The notes beneath the pieces were generated by a model. It saw only the letters and a list, made by a program, of their open reading frames with translations. It had not been told where the DNA came from and searched no databases. Positions 52,148 to 64,000 of a stretch of 64,000 nucleotides of DNA are shown piece after piece. Source of the DNA: Massalongia carnosa (Eukaryota); assembly GCA_965645245.1 (NCBI GenBank), contig OZ287075.1, positions 1,612,001-1,676,000 on the forward strand, written 5' to 3'. The position numbers were made by a program, and so were the translations under genes. Positions within the stretch are counted from its first letter, which is position 1; each line of letters starts with the position of its first letter.

Positions 52148-55100
52148 ATGGTTGAATTTGGCGTCGCTGCTGGTGCACTTAATGTTGTCTCTCTAGCAAT
52201 CCAACTTGCGCAAAGTTTATAGCAGGCTGTTGAATTTTGGGACTCGGTGCAAGATGGACCAGATGAGATTGGTCAAGTCGTAGTTCACGGCGATACTGGG
52301 GTCGGGTCAAGATAGCTCTGAAAGAAAGCGAATTATCGAAGCAGCACGACAATATCAAGAGCTCAATGGATGTATTGACTCTCCTACAAACAAGTCGGAA
52401 TCTGTAGGTTGATGGACAGAAAGCTTGAACATAGATATACTAATATAGTCAAAGTATTGCAACAGACCAATATAATGGGAAGTTGGATGTGATGGCAGCA
52501 GAAATTCAGGCTGTTCGTTCCATGAATCTCCCCTCGCCGTTGTCAAATCGAACACAAGATGCAAGGACCAACATCGATTTCAATGCCACAGTTTCTGCCT
52601 CCAACTCGCAGATTTTGGTTTGTTCCAGCGGTAACACAGAACTAGGCTACTTGATGACCAGGACTAAGATCAGTTGGAGAGCGTATAGTGCCGGCTTAGT
52701 GACGTTGAGCTTCCGCTCAAACTCGACCAAGTTGCTGGGGTAGCAAGCGGAGTCGAGAAGCATAGTAGAAGAGAATACTATTGTGCACAAGACATATGTG
52801 ATCAGATTGGTATTGCTGCTTGGGTTTTGCCGTAGGGGTTTCAACTACGAGTGAACGACTCTTTTGATACATGGTCCTTGAACACCATTCGCAGGATTCC
52901 TGATAACAGTCTTATATTTCAGCATTGCTCAAATGGGAACATACAAGGCGTGAAGGAGTTGATTCGTTGTGATATGGCATCATCTTTGGATGACTTTCTC
53001 TGCCTCTTACTACGTAAACCATTATCCGTGGCGGGAATTCCGACAACGTTGAAAGGAAAGGAAGGGGCGACCATGAACGAAAATCTCGTACCAAGAAGTG
53101 CACAATGCGAAAGTGAGCATAGAAAGGCGAAAGAGTCTCTGGTAATTAAAATCAAAGAGTATCTTGACCGTGTGGGTAACGTAGGAGACCCGGTAGCGTT
53201 GCAAATTTTGCAGGAATCGAGAATTGTGCTGGAGGCACAAAATCAATTAGACAAAAAATCGCACGACACCACACACGTGGTATCTGCTCTAAATGATATC
53301 AAAAGCACTCTACAGAGAATTGAAAGCAGAAAGGAGATCCCAACAGCAAGAAACTATGCCGCCGTCGCCGCGGCGGGACACCTCAATGAGGGCGGATCTG
53401 TGCCGGTTCGAAGCACTCTAAACAACGTAAAGACGCAGAAAGCGAAGGAACAAACACCAAGTATGATCAAAAGGGCAAGGGAACTCACCATACCAGTGAC
53501 GAAGCGCGAGGATCGAGAAAGAATAAAGCAAACGTCCACAAAGGACTTGGTGGAGGCGCTACAGAAGAGAAATGCAGGAATAATAGGCGTATCGCGTCTC
53601 AACAGTGGAGAAATTAGGATACACACCGAAACGGCAGCGATTAAGAAGTCACTGTATGACAATACGGGCTGGGTGCGTGAAGTAGCCGCATCGGCAGCGG
53701 TGCAAAGGCGTACCTTTGCCATACAGGTATGTGGCGTCAGGATGCAACACATCGACGTCACCAATCAGACGAGAGCCATTGAGTACCTACATGCCGTTAA
53801 TGCACGACTGCATGCGGGACTGAAGATCGTAAAGGTCGCTTGGTCCAACAAGGCCATCAGAGAAGGAAAAGTGCACTCTACGCTGCACATGGAAGTTGAA
53901 ACTGCACCGATGGCCAACCGGCTCATCAACGAAGGTCTACTCGTAGACTACGAGATCAAGCACTGTGAAAGATTTCACAAAATAACATACTAGTGCAATG
54001 CTTCAACTGCTATAAGTATGGGCATATCAGCAAATGGTGTAAACACCTCACGGCCTGTGGGCGTTGTGCCGGCGGACATCCTACGCACGAGTGCAATCCC
54101 GAGACGACCGGAGCCCACCCCATATGTGCCACGTGCGAGAAGCCTGGTCACCCAGCGTGGTCCCCTGTGTGTGTGGTTCGAACGAAGGAGAAGAAGAAAG
54201 TAAACGACGCAAGGAAAAGAAAAGCGCATCTATACGAAGCTGAAGGGCTGGCGGTGGCGCCAGCATTCAATTTCGGAGCCAGCAACCCCCCAGCAGAGGC
54301 AGGGACTACAACGGTAGACCTAGACTTACGGACGGAAGACTTACCTACCACATGGAGTCTTATTAATGGGAAAAAAAGGAAAATATCGCGCACAATAACC
54401 CAATCCGCCACACAGGCGAATCAGCCGAGGAGCCTACCAGGTGCCGAGACCGGAATCACATGGAAGGACATCGAGATCATGAACCCGGCAAACAGAATAA
54501 GGGCGATGGCGAAGCCCACTCTGGGTAGACCCCCCAATGCTGTTAATAGTGCCCCCTGCCCCCCTACTACCCTATCTCCTCCCATCCCTCTCCCATCCAA
54601 ACCAGCAGTCACCCTAACCGCTCCGCCCCCACCCACCATCCCACCGCGACCGCTCCGCAAGGGGCCCACTTGGAAGTACAAATCCCTACCCAATCGAAAA
54701 CGACTCCCTCGAGAGACATGGATGAAGCTTATTGAAGGACAAAAAATCAATTAGCATCCTACAGTACAATGTCAGAAATGATCGCGTAAGTACTATGATA
54801 CCATTGCTAGCGGATTCAAATATACAGGACTACGACATCATAGCAATCCAGGAGCCGTGGCGCAACCCCCACGCTGCGACCACGCTCAGCCCGCATCAAA
54901 GCGGCTTTCATCTACTCTATCGGCCAGGAGGTGACACGAGAATGTGCTTCTACATCAATGATAAAATAGATCCGGAAAGCTGGAAAGTAGAATTTCCAAC
55001 CGCTGACATATGCACATTGATATTGCACCCCCGCGAGAATGACGGAAGCCACAAGGAAATACACATTCACAACGTCTATAATCCATCACCCACCTCATAT

Positions 55101-58100
55101 TATTCAAGAGACAGCCCCTCCACCCTCCCAGATGCTCAACGCCAGCTCTCCGCCGACGCTCATCACATCTTACTCGGGGATTTTAATCTACACCATCCTT
55201 TCTGGAATGGAGCCACCAGACCCACGCAACACGCAGCCGCGGATCAGCTGCTAGATATAGTCGATGAAGCCAATCTGTCGCTAACCCTGCCCAATGGAAC
55301 CGTCACATGGAAAGCCCGAAACTCATTCAGCACCATCGATTTGGTTTTCATGTCAGAATTCCTAACAGAGAGGCTAATTCACTGCATGTCAAGACCAGAA
55401 CTCAATCAGTCATCCGATCACATTCCGATATCCTCCCGCATCTCTTTGGAAAGTGAGACGCTAACACAGACAAAACGCAGAGCCTGGAAGCTGCTGAACA
55501 TGGAAAAGTTGAGAACAGCAGAATGCAACGCTCCCCCGATAACACTTCCTTGCACAGTGGAGGAGATTGATCGAAAGACGGATAAAATACAAAATTTCTT
55601 ACATGAAATAATATCTGCGGCCGTTCCATGGGCAAGGCCTAGTGCTTATGCAAAACCATTCTGGAACGAGGACTGCAACAACGCCATGAGAGAAACACGC
55701 AGAATTCGAAAAATTTGGACAGCCTCTCGAAGTCTCAATGACTGGAAAACGTACATGAAATTGAATGACAAAAAGCAAAAGATAATCAAGAAAGCCAAAA
55801 CATTGTCATTCCGAAACGAGATCAGTAAAGCGTCTGAATCATCTCAGGGCATATGGCGGCTGGCGAAATGGGCAAAGGACAAGAGTCACAAGGCGCGCGA
55901 AACACCAAAAATGCCAACACTGACTTTCAACAATCACAGCGCGAACACCTTCGAAGAGAAGGCTGAAATGCTGAAAGGCATCTTCTTTCCTGCTCCGCCT
56001 CCGGCGGATCTACAGGACATACCCGGGTCGGTCTATCCGGCAGCCTCGGAGTGCCCAACAATCATAACGAAGAAAGAGGTGCTCACGAACATTCTACGCC
56101 TCAAACCCGACACGGCTCCTGGACCGGATGGCATACCCAACAGAGTTCTCAAAGCGTGCTCTGAGACGCTGACCGAGTTGTTAACTCCTCTATTTCAGGC
56201 GTGCGTAAATCTGGGATATCACCCGCGAGCATTCAGAACAGCGCACACGATAACGCTGAAAAAGGCGGGCAAAGACAATTACGAAACGACGAAGGCCTAT
56301 CGCCCGATAGCACTGCTGAATACGCTAGGCAAGGTGATGGAAGCCATCATGGCAAGCAAGATCACTCACATGGCCGAAAAGCACGAGTTACTACCAGGCA
56401 CCCAGATGGGAGCCAGACGGGAAAGGTCCACCGAGTCAGCACTAGAGCTGTTAACCGAACAGATTCACACAGTGTGGGGTCAAGGTAATGATAAAGTTGC
56501 CACGCTGCTCAGCATGGACGTGGCCGGCGCGTACGACACGGTTTCGCATCAAAGACTGATCCACAATTTTCGAAGAAGAAAAATTCCACAGTGGGTCACC
56601 AACTGGATAGGATGCTTTTTGAAAAACAGAAGGACCACTCTTACGATCAACCGACGAACCACCGACGAGTTTGATGCGAGAACCGGAATTCCGCAAGGTT
56701 CACCCATCTCTCCCATTCTGTATTTGTTCTACAATGCGGATTTACTAGACATATGTAACAGGCCCGGCACGAAAACGAGCGGACTCGGATTCGTCGATTC
56801 GATGACATCAATGTACTAGCATATGGGAAAAGCAAGCAAGAAAATTGCAGAACGCTAGAAAGAATTCACAGAGAATGTGAAAGATGGTCTCTACGGCACG
56901 GATCCTTATTTGCTCCGACTAAGTACGAGCTTATTCATTTATCTAGAAATCCAAAGAAATTTGATATGACGGCTACTATTAATATAGAAAACAGCCTAAT
57001 CAAACCAAAAGCGGATATAAGAATACTCGGTCTTCAAATAGATACCAAACTTAATTGGGGTGCTCACATACGGAAAACGCAGGAGAAGATGGTCAAGCAG
57101 AGCATGGCCTTAACAAAAATTTCCACGTCTACCTGGGGAGCTTCGTTCGCTAGGGCCAGGCAAGTATACACGGCGGTGGTGCGGCCGGCCATGACATATG
57201 GTTCAATCGTCTGGCACACCCCGAAAGACGTAAACAGAAATAAATCCATAACGTCCAAATTGGCGGTCATTCAGAACAGATGCCTACGCACAGTCGCCGG
57301 AGCGTTCAAGGCTACCCCGATACCGGTGCTGGAGGCAGAAACACACATAGCCCCAATAGATGTGTATTTGGATCAACTGCAGGCTAAAGCCAGATATCGA
57401 CTACGAATCACGGGGCAAAAAGCACTCGCTAACTCCGCATGCAAGATAATAGCTAATAAGCTACGGGAAAGAGCGGGTCGAAGAAAAACTCCACCGCCAA
57501 CACCCGGAGAACTGAAACACACATGGGCCAAGGCAATGTTAAATGGAGAGGCTGCCGTCAGATTACCGCCTTCCGCGCCCCCGTGGTACGAGGCCAGTCC
57601 AGAATATCTCAAGGAGTTGAGAGAAGCGCGAACGGCCCAACGGGCACATCATACGCGGCTCATGGAGCATCATATGAAAATATGGAAGTCAACATGGGCG
57701 ACTTATCAAAATCGCATTCCACTCCCCACCGAGGCTCAACAAGCTTCGGTTGACAAAAAGAGATTAAAAATTCACAGCAATTTGGCAAAAGCGGAGAGTT
57801 CACTAGCAACGCAAATTCGCACGGAGAAAATCGGGCTAGCCAACTTTCTTTTCAACCGAAGGGTACCCAATGTAAACTCACCGGCGTGCATATGTGGATG
57901 GCCAAGGCAGACGGCCAAACACGTCATCATGCACTGTCAGCTAATAGACGGAAGAAATGAATTATTTAATCAAGTGAAAACTAACAATTATCGCACGATA
58001 ATTGAAAATTCCGCAAAATTGAAAAAGCTGACAGCATGGTTAATGCGGGCAGATATACTAAAACAGTTTTCAATTGCAGCGACCATGCTGTACGGATAGT

Positions 58101-58345
58101 TCCCGTCGACACAGCATTTGAAATGTTTGACTTCTTCCCCTTTTCTTTCGTTCTTTTCCTTTTTCTTTCAAGGACCTCACAGATACACGTTATTAGGTAC
58201 ACTGAGGGGTCATGGGGATCCCGCAGGCGATAATTCTGGTTACTAGGTTTTTATTCCTTAAAAGGTTTTCCTATGTACAATAGTCATATAGAACCACGCC
58301 CGCATGGGCCGGCCTTCGGCCGGTGACATATCGGTGTAAGAATTT

Positions 58346-58387
<42 letters not shown>

Positions 58388-58422
58388 TTTGGATATCGAT
58401 AGCTCTGGTAGGAGTCTTTACA
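52148..58422 (+). pseudogene. HeLo-like N-terminal / ankyrin-like gene relic interrupted by a LINE
   Basis: MVEFGVAAGALNVVSLAIQLAQSL*QAVEFWDSVQDGP; IPDNSLIFQHCSNGNIQGVKELIRCDMASSLD continues after the LINE as IDSSGRS followed by a GTAAGT donor. Confidence 0.55.
52992..58380 (+). mobile_element. Full-length Tad1-like LINE, second family, with (CAT)n tail
   Basis: ~80-nt 5' UTR, ORF1 (ATG 53073) with three zinc knuckles, ORF2 54732-58099 (APE-RT-CCHC) with a frameshift at ~56800, 3' hairpin at 58298-58324; TSD CATCATCTTTGGAT at 52978-52991 and 58381-58394. Confidence 0.96.
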
Positions 58423-61400
58423 CGTAAGTATTATTTACTTTAAAACCCTAAAACTTAGCCTTACTCATGGAATAGTACACATGCGAGTTGCACATAGATT
58501 TATGTCGATACCTTATATGCGGTTTAGATGCAGATGTTGTGGAAGGATGAACTGGGTGGTGTGCGTGGTCCACTACTGCTAGGAGTGCAAGAGAACAAAC
58601 AAACAAGAGAAGAACAAGACAATAGAATAAGAACAATAACTAGACTGGTCACTGTATACCTCGCGCCTCGTGCCTCTGCCTCGTGCCTCTGCCTCGTGCC
58701 TGTGAACTGTAAGTGTTGATGCTGTATGTTGTAGCTATTGCTACGAGCAAGGAAAAGAACTACCTATATATCTAGAAGGAAAGACTGTCACCTGACTTTC
58801 CCGAGAATCAGCCGAAAAGAACCAACTGCCGAACCGCTAGCAATTTGAATTTTGAGCATCACCGCTCCACCCCCTACAACGTTTACTTCACCGATGATGA
58901 GAAATTGTAGGTAATCTCGTGATCATCCCTTTTTCCGTGTTATATTGCTAACTTAAGATATGCTCTAGAACTCCAGCTTACGCTCTCAAGCGGCTGCCAG
59001 CTTCATATACGACATGTCTTGCACAAATTTTAGACGTTCTTATGAGGCAGGAGAATTTTGATGCTTTATCATCACTAGATTCAGGCCAACATGAACTTGT
59101 GTATCAGGGTTTCGACTTTGATCGTGGATTACCATTGCAAAATCTAAAGTATGCGCTCCAGGAGGATTATTTTTGTTCCGATGTTTGTTCTCGTGTGGTT
59201 TTCGTTTATACCAACTTTTTATATTTTGATATGAGGGCTTTGGAGGCTTCACAGGCCGTTAAATATCTTTGTACTGAATATGAGTTGATATGTCAGCGGT
59301 CACTTAAGGATTAATATGGAATGATATATTCCCTCTTTTATGGCAATGTTTATTGCGCTGGTTTGGCTTTGTTAGACACAAAGATCATGAAAGAGCAGAC
59401 CAGCAAGCGCAGAAAATATCTGCCATACTGAGATTCTCAAATGATCTACACAGAGCCGATTACTATGGTAGAACATGGCTTAATTTCTTTCTAACGTCAT
59501 GCCAAGGCTCTGCTTTACTCTAGCTATACCTACTGTCTGAGAATGGCATTAATCTTCTTGAATACGGTCGACGAGAGCAGAATCTTCATTGTGATGGGTT
59601 CACAAAATCTTACTCTGTTTGCTGTCTCCATGCGTTTCGAATTGCCTATAGCGAGTCAGGAAACGACATTACGCTTGAAGTCGTTGTGCAGCGGAATCCC
59701 CATTTCAATCATCTTGACCATAATTATTTATGCATCGGACTTTTCGTAGTAAGAAGGACTTGCCTTTCTGAACCAGATGATGCAATTATTAGCAATGATG
59801 GACGGCCAACCTGTAGAATTCCTGGCGCGCGGGAAGAAAAGATGAAGCCAAACCCGGACTTGATATGGGTAAGGTATTGGATAGGAGTCATAAAAGGATA
59901 AAACTCGATTTCTGACGTTAATCAGAATAGCGAATATGAGATACTCGTTTACGAAGTCGTGCAAACTCGCCCACTAATATCCGCGTGAGCTCTCGCAACA
60001 TCTCTCAGCAGTATCACAAATTTAAAGGGGAACCACCGCCGGTACCGCATCTTGGCTTATTACAACTTTCTATTTTATCGCCTTCAACGATCTATCTGAG
60101 GTCTTCTATCGACCGAGGACGTGCATTTTCCAGCCATTGGAGGAACAGGGATACTAGGCTATCGTCACAGCAAACCGGGGGGGTAATATTCAACACACTA
60201 TCCAAGAAACAAAACCAACAATTTCTTCCGCAATTTTCATCCCAACAGAATCCTAGTAACGAAGTTCGCCTCAAGACTTTTCCTCCCAACGAGATGATCA
60301 CCTAAAGTCTGCCACCGATCTTCAATACTCATTGCAGTCGACGAAGATTCTCTTCTGGGTGCTCAAAGGGGACTTGAAGGCGGGAAGAAATCCGGTCGAA
60401 AAGACGACGTTATGGCCGCAGGAGCTGCTATTGGGATGAGAGGACGTCATGGGTGCTAGAAATGGTGCATTTTTTATGAATAATGAAATCCGAGTGGCGA
60501 GAACGACGGGAACTATGTCTTAAAGGAAGAGCTTGTCGTTTATCTTTCATTGTTATTTTTCGCAAGTTTATGGAGAGCTGCTTATAATACCTCGTGGCAG
60601 TACTTCTCCCTTCCTTTTCGATTTGCTAAACGGCCTAGTTCATATAGCGGTAGATGATGGTTTAGCATTTTACTTTTTCCTACGATTATTTTTCTTAAAT
60701 AATATCCGAACGCACAAGTTCCCGGAAGAAAATATCCATAAGCACGCCTTCATGTTTTCAAATCCATCTGAAAAATAAACCTAGCAGGAGAAATAGACCG
60801 TTTAATGAGGGTCGGCGGTATCGGCGAACATGGACTGAGATATACGCAATTTAGGTTTCAGTTTTAGAGTTGATTGATAGTAGCTGCTTCTCTTATTTCC
60901 ATACTCTTAGAAGTTGCTGTTCTCCGAGTTGGGAGGTTATCCTTTTGCTGAATTTTCAGACACAAGTGACTCAATACATCTTGACGATCTCACAACTCCA
61001 GGATCTCCTCATTTCTCTTTGACCTTTCTGCTTATTGCATTTGCTCTCCCCCCTATTGCAAATCCGGAATTCTTCATACAGCACAACGTTTACCCAACAC
61101 CGTGCGTCTAATCTTGCCTGGTTCATCTAGAACTTTTTATGTACACAGAGGGGTAATATTGGGTAGAGCTGCTGTCACATTGTTGGTTTCAAAGGATATT
61201 TCTAGGCTTGGATTGGGCTGTGCTCGGCGGAAAGGTTCACGATTTTTTTTGGCTTCTTTAGAGCTCATTACGGACTTTACTATTCCGGCAAAGAGATCAT
61301 CATCTCAGATGCCGTCCTGCTCACTCTAAAAAAGTTGGTAGATCGCGATGATACTAATCTTGAACTCTAAATTAGGTGGCTAAAAGCCATAGATGTATTA

Positions 61401-62648
61401 AGTTCATCTCAAGCAAGAAATTCTGGCTTTTATTGAGATTAGACTGAGCATACTCAACGATAGTCTCAAAGTGTGGAAGAAATATGCCATAAGGCTATTT
61501 ATTGGGTTTGAAAGGTTTCAAGAAAATGATCAGATCGTGTAAGTAAGAAAGCGGGAGAATCAAGAAAAGCTTCGAAGACGAGGGTCATCTGGCCTAAGGT
61601 ATCACGCTAGACTCTCTACTAGTACTCCTTGAACAAATTGGTGGAAATTGATCCAGCGGCTGCGGAATCATGGATTAGATATCCATACTTGATATCTTTG
61701 TCACAAATTTGAGAAAGATAAGGGCAGCTTCTCAACGATGGGCTGGGGAACGAATGAAATGGTACAGAGGAGCTGTAAATGAGTTCATACTACTGTGTGC
61801 CTTGCAGACTTCTACGGATGCACCATTAGGTCAATTGACAGTTTTAGCTATGTAATCAAATAGGCTCATGAGGTGGCCTAGATGTCAAATCGGGTGAAAC
61901 CTTCACTAGGGAGGAGCTTGACATTTATTTCGTTCCATAGTGGATTCTTGATGCTGGCATGAGGTAGGTCCTTACTATTTTATGTGGACCCCTATGAAGG
62001 TGCATCAACGTGGTGGGTGGTTTTCCTGAAGAACTTTAAAGGTAAGGAATAGTAAGGCACATGATCAGAGTCTCGTCGTTCACGGTGGCATAACAGGCAA
62101 ACTATCGAGTTGACGGTGGAGACTCTTGATGGTTTTGCTGTAGGCTTTCAGGAGTACTCTAGTCCCAACGTCGCCCTTGGAGTCATGGCTAACGCTATCC
62201 TACCAGTGCCATGATTCAAGAATGCTCCATGCTCGAATGCTGGAGGGAGCGATATTGAGAGCACGGAACGAAACGACCTTTGATGCGGTTGCAAGGATCA
62301 ACGTAACTGCTTTCCTAACTATTCAGGTTAGACTACTCCGTATTAATATTCTGACCAATCAATGTATGTATAGGATGCGAACCGAAATCCGACAGGAGTA
62401 CTTTTTTCCCATATGATAGTTTACAGATTATCAGTGTCATGGCTGTTACAAGGACGTGCATCACAGATGTTGATGGGGGTCTCGGCTGTTTTGCCGTAGG
62501 TCGAGGAGTTCCATTGGCCATCTGGCTCATGAGGGTTACGACGCGTTCAGACGAAGGCTTGTTTATAACCACCAGCTTTGCAGAAGGAAGTCTTCCTCTT
62601 CTCTTTCATCAAAGGTCTGAGTGATCACCTAACACCATCTCTTATCCC

Positions 62649-64000
62649 ATGGTTGGATTTGGCGAAGAGATTTTATTTCGAAGTATTAAAATTGTTCATG
62701 CCGTGGTGGCTCTGGTAGCAGTTAGTATTCTCATATGGAGTGGAGTGAGTACCCTAGACTTGTATTAGCATCAAAATTTGTTGGTTAACATTTTGATGGG
62801 CATATATTAGAAAACCTGGGCCCAAGACGTACTATAGCCATTTCACCGGACTTTTCTTCTCTGCATGTCTTCTTTTTCAGACTGCTCAAAATGTGCTTCT
62901 GATCACTGGCTTCACAAGAACAGTTCAAAACCGCTGGCATCGTGGATTTTCCTATTTCTATTGGTTTACGCTTGCATTATCGGGCTTCATATGTGGGATC
63001 GAGTATTCTTTCACGCCGAAGCCCGAAGTCATTGCGCTTCAACTCCTTATCTTTGTCTCTGGCCTAGCTGGTGTAGCATCTATTTCTTATGTGCATCGAT
63101 GTTCTATGAAAATGCCTATTCATTCAACTATCAACAATGATCAAATGCCTCTCCTCGAGCAAGATCCTACAAACATCGAGGTTTCGGCCGTGGACGAACT
63201 GCATGTCTATGCCCAGGAGCCTGAACCATCTCATGGGTTATTCTCTAGTCTCGAAAGACTTACACCTAGACGGATGGGACATCATGGCCAAGGTTCACGA
63301 TGGAGCTATTTATTCTTTCGGATCTCCAACAGATTCCTGAAACTGGTTCATTGGATTTTTTCTGTAATGTTCATTGCTGGGGCAATTACCCTTGCTTCAA
63401 GTTACCGATTCTTGAACCCGTGAGTTATGTGTCTCTACCCCTTCTAATAGATACTCATTATCAGAGAGGAAAGTGTGTGCAAGTAAAACTCCCTTCGGGC
63501 CAGATCCGTTCTGTCAATTATAACTGTACCACCGTTCCTTTTAATGGCACCTTCCTTCCGACAATCTGGTTTGAAGCGAGTGCCGCTCACGGTATCGTTG
63601 ACTTTTTGGGTCTTCAAGAGTCCCTTGCTGTCTCCCACGGCAGAAATTCATGCTCCTATGATCCTCCGAATTTTGGCTGGTCAGACAGGCTTCCATCTAA
63701 TCTTCCAAATTATCTTACCTATTTTCGTCCTCTACTAGACGCCATCCATAAACAGGACGAAGCCAAAATCATTGTAGGCTGGGGGGGTGGTGGGTATAAT
63801 GCATTAAAACATGCTATCGAGGATACTGTCACGACCAAAGCCCTCGTACTGTTGGATACTTCTCCGGATGGAATTGAGTGGTTTGATTTGCAAAGAAAAA
63901 ACAACTGGGACGGAACACACCTTCAGGATTATCGTACCAAAGACATGGCCGGCCGGATCCGGCTTGCTGCGATAATCCTATCGTTGGGAATCCCTTGGTA
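62649..64000 (+). CDS. Membrane-anchored alpha/beta-hydrolase-fold protein, 5' part (start and first exon uncertain)
   Basis: TM-rich exon (62812-63419), intron, then IWFEASAAHGIVDF, CSYDPPNFGWSD, IIVGWGGGG, ALVLLDTSP; runs off the window end. Confidence 0.65.

Noticed and set aside
52992..53072. HDV-like ribozyme in the LINE 5' UTR
   Set aside because: CTTTC/GAAAG and TGCCTCTT/AAGGGGCG could pair in pseudoknot order, but the spacing and loop do not fit the P3-L3-P1.1 core.
23500..62400. Possible Starship giant transposon
   Set aside because: No DUF3435 captain is evident. The only tyrosine recombinase is Crypton-type with GCR1_C, and the core gene RO10 lies within the region.
58900..62500. 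Short ORFs in AT-rich decayed sequence
   Set aside because: No motif, splice structure or repeat boundaries that I can support.

Overview
Eukaryotic DNA from a filamentous ascomycete (short GT-AG introns with CTRAC branch points; taxon is inferred). 0-11.3 kb is a dense block of housekeeping genes: dynein light intermediate chain (partial), IST3/SNU17, HSV2-type PROPPIN, Cdc11/AspA septin, BXI1, a BarA-type ceramide synthase, and mitoribosomal mS45, whose intron carries a box C/D snoRNA candidate. 12-23.5 kb holds a spliced hydrophobin-pattern secreted protein missed by the ORF track, a GPI-anchored Ser/Thr protein, low-complexity DNA and SHO1. 24-62 kb is a transposon/pseudogene-rich accessory zone around the single core gene RO10. 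It contains four insertions of Tad1-like LINEs with (CAT)n tails, each with a readable TSD and the same GC-rich 3' double hairpin. One of these is a chimeric ~3-kb retro-insertion whose non-LINE 5' part carries four tRNA T-arm/B-box-like modules. The zone also has a Tc1/mariner, a hAT element, and a Crypton (tyrosine-recombinase transposon) whose ends form a head-to-tail array of att-like inverted repeats, with a LINE inserted in one end unit. Other genes are beta-lactamase-like and HeLo/ankyrin-like pseudogenes, a DUF5648-like secreted protein, and a partial membrane alpha/beta-hydrolase-fold gene at the right edge.
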